DNA of 64,000 nt, from the NCBI GenBank assembly GCA_965287045.1, contig OZ336875.1, forward strand, positions 51,398,001 through 51,462,000. The letters run 5' to 3'. The position numbers and the translations under genes are program-made. Every line of letters begins with the position of its first letter. Within the stretch, counting starts at the first letter, position 1. This DNA comes from Carcharhinus amblyrhynchos (lineage: Eukaryota). Of this stretch, positions 50,516 through 62,875 are shown piece after piece. Below the pieces are notes generated by a model. That model saw only the letters and a program-made list of their open reading frames with translations. It made no database searches and was not told where the DNA came from.

Positions 50516-51104
50516 ATAACCTTGGCCAAGGACCCTCCCGGATATTCTTTCTCAGAGTTCCTCTTTAGCTTTTGAACATAAAATGATCGATCCCAACCTG
50601 TCTTGATCACAACCAAAATAAAAATGTCTACAATGTTAATTTTGATGTAGCATTGTTCCACCAGGGAAATCAGTTAATTATGTGAAGGTCCTTTGAAGTT
50701 CCTTCCTGTCCCCTGTTCTCTCAGAAGTAAAAAGGGTTTCAAACATTTTCAAATATAATGGACATTCCTGCGGGGGTCTTTGCAATTTTAATGACTCCTG
50801 GTAGACTACCCTGGAGATACGATTCTAATGAGGTTTGAAAAAACATTAGAAGGTGTCATCTTGCATGTTTGTACTTCCATTTTGTAAAAGGCTTTTAAAC
50901 TCAATGTAAAGGTTTGAAAACAAAAATGTGCCCTTAAAAACAGTTGTCCTTAAAATCTGTAATGTCTCAATTACATGTTTGTGACACTGTTTAGTAGCAC
51001 ACATGAATCCCCAGTTAAGACCCACCACTGGCATGCAATGAAACACAATGGATATACAATTACCACAGTCTCCCTCAATGCTGCATTAATTCTTCTTCAT
51101 GTTT

Positions 51105-51640
51105 ATATTCATTCATGGCATGTGTGTGGCACTGGAAAGGCTAACTTATAGCCCCATTGTCTGTACAAAGCTCATGGTGAGCTGCATTCTTGAATTGCAT
51201 CAGTCAATGTGGTGTAGGTATTCCCACTGTGCTGTTAGGTAGGCATTTCCAAGATTCTGATCCCATGGTAATGAAGGAGCATTGATATATTTCCAAATCA
51301 GGAGAGTTTGAAACTTGAAGAGGAATCAGGGGGCTTCCATCTGCCTGCTGCCCTTCTCCTTCTAATGTGGTAGAAGTTGTAGGTTTGGGAAGACTTGCCA
51401 AAGGAGTCTTGATGAGTTTTCCAATGATGGTATACAACTTACCTCATGGTAAAGAGAGTGAAAGTTTAAGATGTGAACGGGGTGCTGGTTAAACAAGTCG
51501 TGTTTTAAATAGTGTCAAGCACCTTGACTATTGTTGGATCTGATTCAGGCAAGCAGCGAGTATTCCACTGTACGTTATGCTTTGTAAATGATGGAAAAAC
51601 TGGTCAATCTGTGCTCGGTAATCAGTAATGGTATGCATGC
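51105..51640 (-). mobile_element. Crack/Daphne-like LINE 3' fragment
   Basis: ORF 51204-51437 PDLEIYQCSFITMGSESWKCLPNSTVGIPTPH. Confidence 0.8.
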
Positions 51641-52793
51641 AGAATTTTGTTATGGTACTCAAGCTGGTGCAGCTGACACTAGGAAGAAATTCAAGCCACA
51701 ACCACCCATCCATCTCTGGCTGATGATCAAGTACAGACTCGGAGTGAAGGTCAGTTTTCTTCAAATGGGAGATAGGGGGGAAGATGCATGAAAAGGGCAG
51801 GTCACTTGCTCATATCAGAAGCCTAGGAGAAAATCACCCACCTCTTTAGGTCAAGGTTTGGCGCCATAGAACGATTCAAATAGGAAGGAGAGAAAATTAA
51901 AAGAAAAATGTTTTCATTTTGAACAGCTTTTTTTTAATATTAGCCTCCTTTGTTAGGGAGATTGAGGATACTTTACCTCAATAAGTCATAAAGATGACAA
52001 GACAGTTCAGCAGCGCTGTTATTGTTTGTTTAATATGGCTTGTGTGTGGAGTCTGCAGCTGCCTATTGTGTAATTACGGTACATGATGACTTCGTGATGA
52101 CTGGAATGCGGTTGTTTTGTCTCCACTCGCACGGAGTGCCTGATGAAAGGAAAGGTAATAGGAAGTAAATCAAATAAAATATATTGTAAATAGAGTAAGC
52201 ACGAACTGAGCAGAGAGAACTATGTAAATAAACCTCTGGCATCATTATCACCGTTCCATCAACGGTGAGGGTAGAAAATAGCAACTGGCATTTCAAGAAT
52301 TGTTCCAGTAATGTGACCTACAATTCCATTTTCCCGTTTGTCTATTTATTGACTTTTTAAAAATGTTTTTGGAAAGTTTTTTTTATTAAAAAGGACCCTA
52401 CCTCACGTGTTTGAGGCTTTTGATCAACGCCTTTATTCTAACGCTGAAATTAGACCTTGAAAAATTACATTTCTTCACTCGGCCTTGACTCTCAGAACTT
52501 TCCACTGCTCTATTCAAAACAGAATGAAAAATATGAAGAGTGCGTCAGCAGCTGCATAAGGTCTGGTATTGCCAACAGTTTATCATTTTAAAAAGGATAT
52601 ATTATGGCAACTCTCCTCCAGTTGTTACATTAGTTACAAAACCTCAGTATCAAGTTTATATTGCAGATGACACAGAGTACCTTCACAAGCGGATGACTAA
52701 GATTATGAATAACCCTAAGACTGAGGTAATTTCTAAGAAAGAAATTTTACTGAAGGGCTGAAGCCTACAGTCCAAACATCAAGGAAGCAGTTT

Positions 52794-53093
52794 TAGAATC
52801 ATATAGCAGAAGGAGGCCATTTGGCCCACCGAGTCTGTACCGACCACAAACCCTCACAGGCCTTATTCGCATAACCACATAACCCTAGCTAATCTGACAC
52901 TAAGGGGCAATTTAGCATGGCCAATCCACCTAACTCACACATCTTTGGACTATGGGAAGAAACTGGAGCACTCGGAGGAAACCCACGCAGACACGGGGAG
53001 AATATGCAAACTCCACAACAACAGTGACCCAAGCTAAGAATCAAACCCGGGTCCCTCGCACTGTGAGGCAGCAGTGCTAGCCACTCTACTACC
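52794..53093 (-). mobile_element. HE1-type SINE, tail A
   Basis: Head, central block and tail. Confidence 0.9.
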
Positions 53094-53784
53094 CATTTTG
53101 CGAATGAACTAAAACAAGCATTAGGAGTTAAGTGATGCAATGTAACAGAGAAACATTTTCAGTCATCACTTAGGATTTCCAAACCAAGTTGCCAAAGGAC
53201 ATTGTCCTGACCTCAGGTACTCCAATGGAATTAGAGAGCAATCGTGTGCACTGTTCTACACATAAGGTGGCAGAGTGAAAACTGAGTTGGTCAACTCATT
53301 ATATTAATCCTGGATCTTAATCATGAGAGAAAGGGAACACTAAGAGAGGCAAGTGGATCCACAGTTTGGACGTCGAAGGAAGGTACACATCATGTTAGAC
53401 TCAATAACAAGGATTTTTCAGATTGCTTACAATGTGTAAAAAAGAGAATGGGGATCAATTTGACTTGAGCTAAAGAAAAAGGAGAACCAACTTCTGTTAT
53501 TTTAATGATGAAAACTGCATGGTCTTACAGTTCGCTTTAATTCCATAGTGCCCAACTAACCCTCAATTCAAAGTATACCAAAAAATACATTGGTCAAAGT
53601 GGGTTTCTCTCTCTCAACTTTAATTGAGGTCAGTTAACTATTGCAGATTCAGAACTAGGACTGCAGACTCTAGAGCCACACTGTTGGTTGACTAATAGTT
53701 CTAAACATCAGCAAAAACAACCGTCACCTTGCCACACTTTGGTGAAGTGTAGCTGTAAAACAAGATCAATGATCAAGCTGTCTC

Positions 53785-54090
53785 AATGGCTCCGTTAATA
53801 ATGTCAGTGTGGTGATAAAACATACAGACTAAGCAGATCCTTACTGCAGTCCCTGTCTTTAGCTGAATTATTGGATCTCAGTGGCATGGGCACAGTTGGG
53901 TTATGACATTAGCCCTAACAAAAAGGGCAATAAAAAGTCATGATTCTAATTCCCAATTATTATCCAGTGACGTGCAATTGCAAGAGTGCATATCACTGGA
54001 AGCCTGATGTGTTCAGATGCCTGCCATAGTTAAATAGCTTGCCAAAACTCATCATCAGTCATACAGAATGCTCACTTGAGTGAGGTACAG
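53785..54090 (+). mobile_element. Old SINE-like repeat
   Basis: CATACAGAC...GCTGAATTATTGGATCTCAG...TATCCAGTGAC...AGAATGCTCACTTGAGTGAGGTAC. Confidence 0.5.
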
Positions 54091-54174
54091 TGTCAGTGCT
54101 TTAAGACAGAGAGCTGAGAAAAAGATAACTGATTTTCAAGAAAAGAGATTGAGCAACTTTTAGAAGGTGCGAGA

Positions 54175-54668
54175 CACGGTGGCACGGTGCTAGCACTTCT
54201 GCCTCACAGCAGCAGTGATACAGGTTCAATTCCAGCCTTGGATAGCTGTCTATGTGAGTTTGCACATTCTCTCTGTGCCTGTGTGCTTTCCTTGGGGTGC
54301 TCCGGTTCCCTCCCATACTCTAAAGATATGCATGTTAGTTGGATTGGCTAAATTGCCCCTTAATGTCCCAAAATGCATAGGTTATGAGATTAGCAGGATT
54401 AATAAATGCATGAGATTACAAGGATAGGTGCTGGGTAAAATGCTCTGTTAGAGAGTCAGTGCAGACTCGATGGGCCAAATAGCCTCCTTCTGCACTATAA
54501 GGATTGTATGACTCTTTCAAGAGAGGAAAAGGGACTGGGACACACTCATCTTGTGAAATGCAAGCGAGAGGGAGAAAGTCACTAGGCCAACGAAAAGATA
54601 TAACAGGCAACTCGATGGGCCAAATGGCCTCTTTCTGCACTGTAGGGTTCTATGATTCTATGATTCTA
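54175..54668 (+). mobile_element. HE1-type SINE, tail A, plus a second tail copy at 54611-54668
   Basis: CTCGATGGGCCAAAT.GCCTC.TTCTGCACT occurs twice. Confidence 0.88.
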
Positions 54669-56460
54669 AAAGCTCTTAAAGAACCACTGCCTTCAGGAAT
54701 TCTCCCCACAGGATGATTAAATCAGATTTAATGAGGAAGAATGATTAATCTAATTCAATATGAACAACTGACCTTTTTTTGTCGGCAGTGAGCTTGACAA
54801 GCTGTCAACAAATTGAACAGATATCACCATGAGAATTATTCAATAATTACCTTTCTTCCAGAAGCAGTTCTTCAACAATTACCCATATTTCAAACCTTTC
54901 ATTCTCTCATATATTTTCCTCATTTGCTTTTCATCAATATATATTTAAAATATCAAAGGGGATATTTGCTAGTGAAACAGAACACATTTCTGGAATGCCA
55001 TCGGCACCTCCTCTGTCTGGTTGCTTCTGGCAAGATTATTTCAATCTGCACAGCAGCATATCTCAAAACAAACTGTTGCTGTCAGAAAAAGGTATAAATT
55101 TTTTTTTCTGGACATCACAATTGCATACAGGCTACCAATAATTCCCTGGCTAAAAAAATCTGTTTGTTCATGAGACCTTTGCTATTGGCTGGGTTTTTCT
55201 GACCTGCTCCTTGTGTGAGTTCTCCCTCAACACTCTGTACCCTTTGGATTGTTTTTGATGGGTCTTTGGCTGTTCAACCATTTCCCATCCATTATTTCAG
55301 ATTTCCCATCATTTATTTCATACGTCCGCTTGAGGACTTCAAAGAGAAGCTCTCGGAAAACAATCCAGAAACAAGTCAGCAACGCTCATCAATTAACCCC
55401 CTGTCATTCTCAAGACTAAAGGAAAATGGGTCGTTGCAGTTTTACCCACAATCCCCTGCGACCAAGTCAAAACAAACATGACTCCTCACAATTTTCAGCC
55501 ACACCAATGTAAAGTAAGAACATAAAGCTTTTCCCAAAGAAAAACCTCTGCAATTCATAGCATAAAGAAAAATACCTGCAATGTTTTCAATACAAGTTGT
55601 CTTTTTCTAATTACTTTGACGCTTGTAATGTAGGTCAACTCAGTTGACCTCTCTGTGCAAACTGTGCAACCATTTCCCCATCATCTTATTTTTCCACCGA
55701 ATTTGTGAATTGAATCATGCACTTAGTCAGTCAGCAGACAGAGATCACACAGTATAATTCAATGAACAGGAAATAAAAGAATAGCAAAGAAAAGAACTAA
55801 GTGATACATGTCCTGTGTCTTTCTTAAATTACAAAACTTTGTCAGACACAAACATTGTCAGAATATCCTGGGTTTAGTTATATGGAAAATGTCAAATCTG
55901 TACGGAGGAGTGGCAAAGGTAAGTAAGAAAATTGAAAGAGAAGTATAATGGAGCAAGGCCATTCAGCCCATCTTATCTCAAACCACCATCATAATATTTA
56001 ACTGTATTTCCTAAATTATTCCAATATTATCATCCCAAAAGGCTGAAATTTTCTGGAATTTACCACCTGAAATCAACAGACTTAAATAGATGTTCTCCAA
56101 ACCCCATGTCATCTCCACACTCACCCCCACCCACCACCCTTAAATGTGAGCCTGTGGGAGGTACAAGGTAACCATCCCCTACATTTCTGGAGTATTTGTA
56201 GCACAGCTGAATACATTTCTCTCTAGGTTTTGCATCATCTCCAGGAGTTGTGTGTGTTTTGGATCTCAGTGGTCAGAACCAGGAGCAGACTGAAATATAA
56301 GAATTAATCAGGACACTCTTCTGTTTGACTACAACAGTCTTTCCACTTTTCAGTGTTACTTGGTAGTACAGAACTTGCTGAAAAGAAACATTTTGTCAAA
56401 TCCTTTTGTCTTGCACTCAGCAGAAGGCAGCTTCAATATTCAGTAACAGTCCATCTTGCG

Positions 56461-56768
56461 GACATAGAGATTTACAGTATGGAAACAGGCCCTTCTGCCC
56501 AACTTGTCCATGCCGCCCAGTTTTTACCACTAAACAAGTTCCAGTTGCCCACATTTGGTCCATATCCCTCTATATCCATCTTACCCATGTAACTATCTAA
56601 ATGCTTTTTAAAAGACAAAATTTTACCCACCTCTGCTACTGCCTCTGGCAGCTCGTTCCAGATACTCACTACCCTCTGAGTGAAAAAATTGTCCCTCTGG
56701 ACTCTTTTGTATTCTCCCCTTTCACCTTAAACCTATGCCCTCTAGTCTTAGACTCCCCTACCTTTGAG
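56461..56768 (-). mobile_element. CR1 3' fragment
   Basis: SIWNELPEAVAEVGKILSFKKHLDSYM; same subfamily as 26690-27045. Confidence 0.9.
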
Positions 56769-56814
56769 GAAAAGTACATTGAAAAAGTTTCAATAGTAAA
56801 GAATACTGTCTATG

Positions 56815-57010
56815 CTTGTTGCCCATTGGCTTCCTGTCCAGCAATTCTTCAATTTTGTTTTCGCAAAACCCTTGTTTTTCAAATGTCTCCATAACCTTGC
56901 CACTCCCTATATCGCTGATCACTTTCAGCTATGGAATCCATCTGAATGTCCCTGTTCCTCCAACACTTGCACATCCCCTATTTTCTTATTTCCATCATTG
57001 GTGGCCCTGC
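56815..57010 (+). mobile_element. L2 ORF2 fragment
   Basis: HWLPVQQ...FKCLHNLATPYI. Confidence 0.7.
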
Positions 57011-57068
57011 TGGTGTTTAATTTCTTTTAAAATAATTCTTAGGAGAAATCAGCCACTGGCCTATACAA

Positions 57069-57230
57069 TCCATAGAACCATAGAATTGCTTCAGTGCAGA
57101 AGGAGGCCATTGTGCCCTTTGCACTGACTCTCTGAAAGAACATCCCACTCAGTCACCCAAGACTAAAATTGAACCTAGGTCACTGGCACTGTGAGGCAGC
57201 AGTACTAGCCACTGTGCCACCATGCCACCC
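57069..57230 (-). mobile_element. Internally deleted HE1-type SINE
   Basis: Tail A joined almost directly to the tRNA head. Confidence 0.8.
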
Positions 57231-58737
57231 ACAGGGATCTAATTGCTATTGGTAGATTATTACTGAATATATAGACCCTAAAGTTACATCATGAGACCAC
57301 TATCAGACAAATACTGAGCATGATGCTTTGATGTCTGTCTCTATTGGAGCAGAGAAATTAACCTGTTTACTTTAACCAGGTTAAGACCCCACTAATACAA
57401 CATTGCATTGACAGATTGAGAGTACACAGTTTTTCATCATTTGTTCATGGGCTGTGGCCATCATTAGCAAAATCCAACATTTATTACCATTTCTAATTGA
57501 CGTAAGAAGATTGTAATGGATTTTCTGCAATAAGTCACTGCAGTACTCCTTGTAGGTTCTTCTGGTTACATTTGAGTGACTTCCTTTGCCACTTGAAAGA
57601 TTAGTTAAGAGTCAACAGCACCGAAAATGTTGATTTGATAGAATTTTAACAGAAAGTGACTAAGGAGAAAATCCAAATTATGGAAGAATATTTGGATTAA
57701 TGACCAAAGTCAAAATTAATCAATGGGAGAGTTGGAGAACACAAACCTTTGGTTAACCTTTGAGCAAAAAGAAAAGGAACAATGGCATAAAAGAATCAGA
57801 AACTGTGGGTTTGAATCCCATGCCAGGTTAGTACTGTATAGTCAGAGGTACTGTCTTGAGCATTAAATCAGTCCCTGTTGCCTATTCAGATAAACTGTAA
57901 AGGAGCTAAATTGGATAGCACCCAGAAAATGGGCACAGGCTTCACAATGCGTAATTGACTTGTGCCTGTTGATTGCAAAGCAAGTAGCATGCCAGCTTCA
58001 TCCAGCCAACACTAACTATGCTGCTCACTGGCTGGACACATCAGTAGCACGGGTGGTTAGCATCCCTGAAAGCCAGCCTACTCTGCTTAAAACTAACTCA
58101 CACTTCTTAAAGGAGGGAGGCATCATGGCCAGAGCAAATACAGGGAATTGTGGTTGAAGAGAATCTGACTTGAGATACAATGAGGAATGGCACAACAAGG
58201 GAGAGAGCGCTGGCACCAAGGGCACTGCACCGGAAGCCTTGCTGAAGGAGATGGAAAGGAGAAATGCCCTGTCTCTGCAGAAAGGAAGGAGGTCCCCCTA
58301 GACACAGGTATAAATGGTAGTGGGAGCAGATAGCCATGGAGATCAATTCCAGAACTTAAAGCTAAGGACCCGGATGTAATGCTGCAAGCTCAGTGACCTT
58401 ACACAAGGTATTAAGACCAGTGAATGATCATTAAATGGAATATTCTATCAACTGCATCAGTCACTTCGGCCACTGCAAATTAATCACTCAGCTACTCACA
58501 ATCTTTATCAATCAGACCTCATATCCAGCGTCTTGGCTTCATCTTACCCTCACACATTTAGCCTTGCTACAAACCTCATACCCACATCTCACACCTCATA
58601 CTCACGACCAGATATCCAACCATGACAGCCAACTCTATTCGCATTTATGGATCCAGCCATAGATCCATGTCTGACGGCCAATGTCACAACTGCCCGTGCA
58701 GCACAAGCAGCAACCAACACATGTCTGAGTATTGCAG

Positions 58738-59036
58738 TAGAATTATAGAATCCTTATAGTGCAGAAGGAGACTCTTTGGCCCATCGAGCCCACGCTAACA
58801 ACAATATCACCCAGGCTCTATCACTGTAACGCCACATATGTAGCCTACTAGCCCCACTAAGGGGCAATTTAGCATGGATTTAATCTTTGTACTGTGGAAG
58901 GAAAGCAGAGCACCCAGAGGAAACCTATGTAGACACAGGGAGAAAGTGCAAACTCCACAGTCCCCTGAGGCTGGAATCAAACCGGGTCCTGGTGCTGTGA
59001 GGCAGCTGTGCTAATCACTCTGCCACCGTGCCACCC
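58738..59036 (-). mobile_element. HE1-type SINE, tail A
   Basis: Head, central block and tail. Confidence 0.9.
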
Positions 59037-59551
59037 TAATCTCAGAGTGCTGCCATTGATCAATCCACAGCTATCATGGCTGTTGCTCACTATGGGCTAA
59101 GGGGCTTGCAGGATGTTACGGCAGTTCAGTGATCTGCCAGCTAACAGATTACTTGAATTGCAGAGATGTTTCTGGGATGGAGAAGTTGTGGAGATGATTC
59201 CATGTAGCCCAAACCTGCTGTCCTCTGTCAGAAAGATAGCATTCATCCTCCAACCACTGGCAGCTCACCAATAGCCTTGTTATTGCCTGTCAGTCTGCCA
59301 GCCCAAGCTGTTGCCATCCATTCCAAGATGGGCAGTCTGCAGCTGGCCCTTTAAGGTCCAGAGCTGTTCAAGAAAATCCACTTGCAGTCTTCTCCGATAA
59401 AAATCAAAAGCCTTCCATCATCCATGCTGCTGCTACTGGGGTAAGGCTATGTAGGAACAGTAGGGTACTCAAAGGCACATAGGCATTGAGGGAATACTCA
59501 AAGATAATTCATTGATTTTTGTGTGCACTATATGATGGATTCATTTGTAAA

Positions 59552-60680
59552 TTTGATTTTTTTTATTCAATTTATTATTGTCACATGTATTGGCTGTTTT
59601 TTGCACTCTATAAAGACAAAGCATACCATTCATTGAGTACATTGGGGAGATGGAAACGAGAGAGTGCAGAATATAGTGTTGCTATTACAGATAGGGTGAA
59701 GAGAAAGATCAGCTTAATATGTGATAGGACTATTCAAAAGTCTAATAGCAGCAGGGAAGAAGCTGTTCTTGAGTCAGTCCTCGATACATGTTCATTTTCC
59801 CAATGGAAGAAGGTGAAGAGACTATGTCCGGGGTGCCTGGGGTCTTTGATTATGCTGGTTGCTTTTCCAAAGCAGCGGGAAATACAGATGGAGTCAATGG
59901 ATGGGGGGTGATTTGTGTGATGGACTGGGCTACGTTCATAACCCTTTGCAGTTTCTTGCCATCTTGGTCAGAGCAGGAGCCATACCAAGCTGTAATACAT
60001 CCAGAAAAGGTGCTTTCTTTGGTGCATCTGTAAAAATAGGTAAGAGTCGTAGTGGACATGCCAAACTTTCTTAGCCTCTTAAGAGAGTAGGTGTGTTGGT
60101 GGTGTTCTTAATTATAACGTCAGTGTAGAGAGACCATGGGAGATTGTTCGTGACTTTGACACCTAGAAACTTGAAGCTCTTGACAATTTCCACTTCATCA
60201 CTGTTGATGTAAACAGGAGCATGTCCTCCGCTATGCTTGCTGAAGTCAATAACTATATCCTTCATTTTACTGATTGGGGAGAGATTATTTTTGTCGTATC
60301 ATTCCACCAGATTCTCTACCTCTTTCTTGTATTCCATTTCATCATTGTTTGAGAGCTGACTCAATCTGGTGGTCTCATCAGCAAACTTCAAAATTGAGTT
60401 GGAGGGGAATTTGGCCACACAATCATAGGAGCTTAAGAGTATAGTAAGGGGCTGAGGACACAGCCTTGCAGTGCACCGGTGTTGAAGATAATTGTAGAAG
60501 AGGTGTCATTACCTATCCTTACTGATTGCAATCTGTGGGTTAGAAAGTCTAGGATCCTTTCACAGAGGGAGAAGTTGTGCCCTTGGCCATGGAGTTTGGA
60601 GATGAGTTTTGTTGGGATAATGGTGTTTATGTCTGAACTGTAGTCAATAAATAGGAGTCTGACATTGGGGTGTTTATTTT
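59552..60680 (-). mobile_element. Rex1/Babar LINE, 5'-truncated
   Basis: HAPVYINSDEVEIVKSFKFLGVKVTNNL, YFYRCTKESTFSGCITAWYGSC; tail TACATGTGACAATAATAAA. Confidence 0.9.
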
Positions 60681-61017
60681 GTGGTGGCTCTCAGTTTTGC
60701 ATGATGGCTAAGCGAAGGCTGCACTGGTCAATGACTGAGGGAAGGTCAGGCGTAAAACTATTGGTGAATGTGGAGTCGAGGTTGCAGTTACTGGCGCGGA
60801 ACTCAAATGAATTCTTTGTGGACAATTCCAACAGTAAGAGGCAATCTAATCCTTCTTCCTCATTCCCTCTCCTCTGCAGTTGCCCACCTGCTGTGAAGTG
60901 TGAGGCAGAGCACCGCAATTCCTGGCAACGGCATTGCTGAGTAAAGCGGGCCTCCCCCACAGCTGTTGCAGATTCATTGTTTTGGGATGTTAAAGGCTGG
61001 CTCTATAATTGTCATGA

Positions 61018-61230
61018 TGTGGGAATGCCGGCATTGGACTGGCGTAAACACAGTAAAAAGTCTGACAACACCAGGTTTTAGTCCAACCAATTTATTTGAT
61101 AATACTCACAAGCTTTCAAGGTTTCCCTCTTCGTCAGGTGAATCATGACGAAGAGGGAAACCTCGAAAGCTTGTGAGTATTATCAAATAAATCGGTTGGA
61201 CTAAAACCTGGTGTTGTCAGACTTTTTACT
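61018..61230. mobile_element. Penelope-derived inverted terminal repeat (85-bp arms, 9-nt spacer)
   Basis: 61052-61136 is the reverse complement of 61146-61230 with 2 mismatches; homologous to 1935-2055. Confidence 0.9.
61104..61143 (-). ncRNA. Minimal type I hammerhead ribozyme motif
   Basis: Reverse strand ATTCAC-CTGACGA-A-GAGG(GAAA)CCTT-GAAA-GCTT-GTGAGT: stem I, conserved core, stem II tetraloop, palindromic AGCT stem III, CUU cleavage triplet. Confidence 0.7.
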
Positions 61231-62329
61231 CTATAATTGTGGCAGCATAGTTTTCATTCTGCTATGTGAATTGCATGCTGGAACCCTCCATCATGAAACC
61301 AGCAGACAGCACTTATAACCATGGCCACTCTTTGGTTTGCAATGGTACTCAAAGGCAGCTGGCATAAAGCACAGCACAGAAGAAAGGCAGCATGAGATGA
61401 TTTGCAGCACCTACAATATGATGAGCATCGATTACACTCTGCACGATGGGGAAGCCTACAATCCTAGAGAAATCCTGTACTTGCTTTGCCTGCTTCTCCC
61501 AAGTAAATTAGCTCTCAATGACCACCCTTATGCTGAAGTAAATTGCAAGATGTTGCAAATATCTCCAGCATCAGCCTAGAAGTCCAATGCATAAAAGTTA
61601 GTTTCCACACAGTCACCTTTACTGGCAGTGTTTTCTTCCCTGAGGTTGCAGCTAGAGCTGCAGTAGTTACCAGAGTTCAGTGAGGACATCTTTACCAATG
61701 GAAGCATGTATGTCCAACACATCATCCCTCACTAAGGTTCAGGTAAAAAAATTGCTCTCTGAGGCATGGGTTCCCTCTCCTCCTCCCTCTTTCAACAGTT
61801 TGTCCTGCTCTGCACAACCTTTATTCATTGTCCCAATCATCCCAGAGGGAATGCCTCCTGTGCATCCATGTCTAGGGACAATTAGTTTGTGCAGAATCTT
61901 TAAAGTCAGCACAAAAATATCCAACAGCACCTGCCACATCATTCCCTGCGGACTTTTGGAACAACTACAGAAAGCACCAAACTTTTGTAATATCAAAGGA
62001 ACAGCCAGAAGACATCAATTAGCAACAACCCTGTTAGTAGTTGATGACTCCCTTAAATAAGCTAGTGATGTGGCGATCGGGGGCCTTTACTGCTGTTGTT
62101 AAATTGTGTGAGTCAAATCAAATGACTGGATATTGAGCTCCACAATTGCAGCACTCTTATCAAGTAATGGTTCCATGTGAGTGATAACATGATGTGCCTT
62201 TTCTAGATAGTTCCAGTGGGTGTTCACTCTGCATGCACAAATATGATATCTGCCATGTTTTACACCATAAGTGTGTACAAGCATCATTGGTCCCGTGAGG
62301 GAAATTCAATTCAAGTCTACTGCATAGCA

Positions 62330-62875
62330 GTAAAAACAGGATGCTGGAAAATTTCAATGGGCAGGATTTTACAGCCTCACTTGGATGAGACTGGAAATTC
62401 CCGCCCAAGGTCAACAGAGATTTCAGTTGTCGGACCCTCGCCCGGTCTGATTCCATGGCAGGCGAGGCGGTAGATTTCCAGCCAGTAGGTCTGGCAGTAT
62501 CTGTTTTGAGCTCCTTTGACTCTTCTTAAGGGATGAAAGAGAGGGAAAATGTTTTGGATATTATACTGTATAAGAGGGCTGGAATGGCTGGAACAGTGAT
62601 TCGTGGGAGCTGGGAGAGATTGCAAAATAAAGATGTAGCAAATCCTAAGAACAAGTGATTGAAGAGAAGTTGGGGAAGGAAGGAATTTTGCATTGAGATA
62701 TAAAATGTGTAGGATGTAAAAGTGAGTAAAGATGGAGGAGAAAGATCACAGTTTAATATTGTTGAACTGAATGTTGAGTCCTTATGGCTGTAACTCGAAG
62801 ATGCAATGCTGCTCCTCCAGCTTGTTTTGAGCTTCAATGGAGCTTTGCAGCAGGCCAAGGACAATGATGGTAGAG
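62330..62875 (-). mobile_element. Penelope-like 3' remnant (GIY-YIG C-terminus) with nested MITE 62359-62483
   Basis: Reverse strand VLGLLQSSIEAQNKLEEQHCIFELQP*GLNIQFNN; terminal TTTTCCAGCATCCTGTTTT. Confidence 0.7.

Larger units (their letters stand above)
57902..62100. mobile_element. Fossil autonomous-type PIF/Harbinger: Myb/SANT ORF (+) and transposase (-)
   Basis: Plus strand about 58185-58410: MAQQGRER...EALLKEMERR...WEQIAMEINSR...LSDLTQ. Minus strand about 61420-61760: YLNLSEG*C...LPVKVTV...NFYA...GDICNI...IVGFPIVQSVIDAH. Outer ends uncertain. Confidence 0.7.

Noticed and set aside
52138-52156. CTGATGA...GAAA resembling a hammerhead core
   Set aside because: No stem II or stem I pairing.
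56376-56430. Hammerhead-like remnant on the minus strand (CTGCTGAGTGCAAGACAAAA)
   Set aside because: Both core motifs are mutated; at most a dead Penelope terminal fragment.
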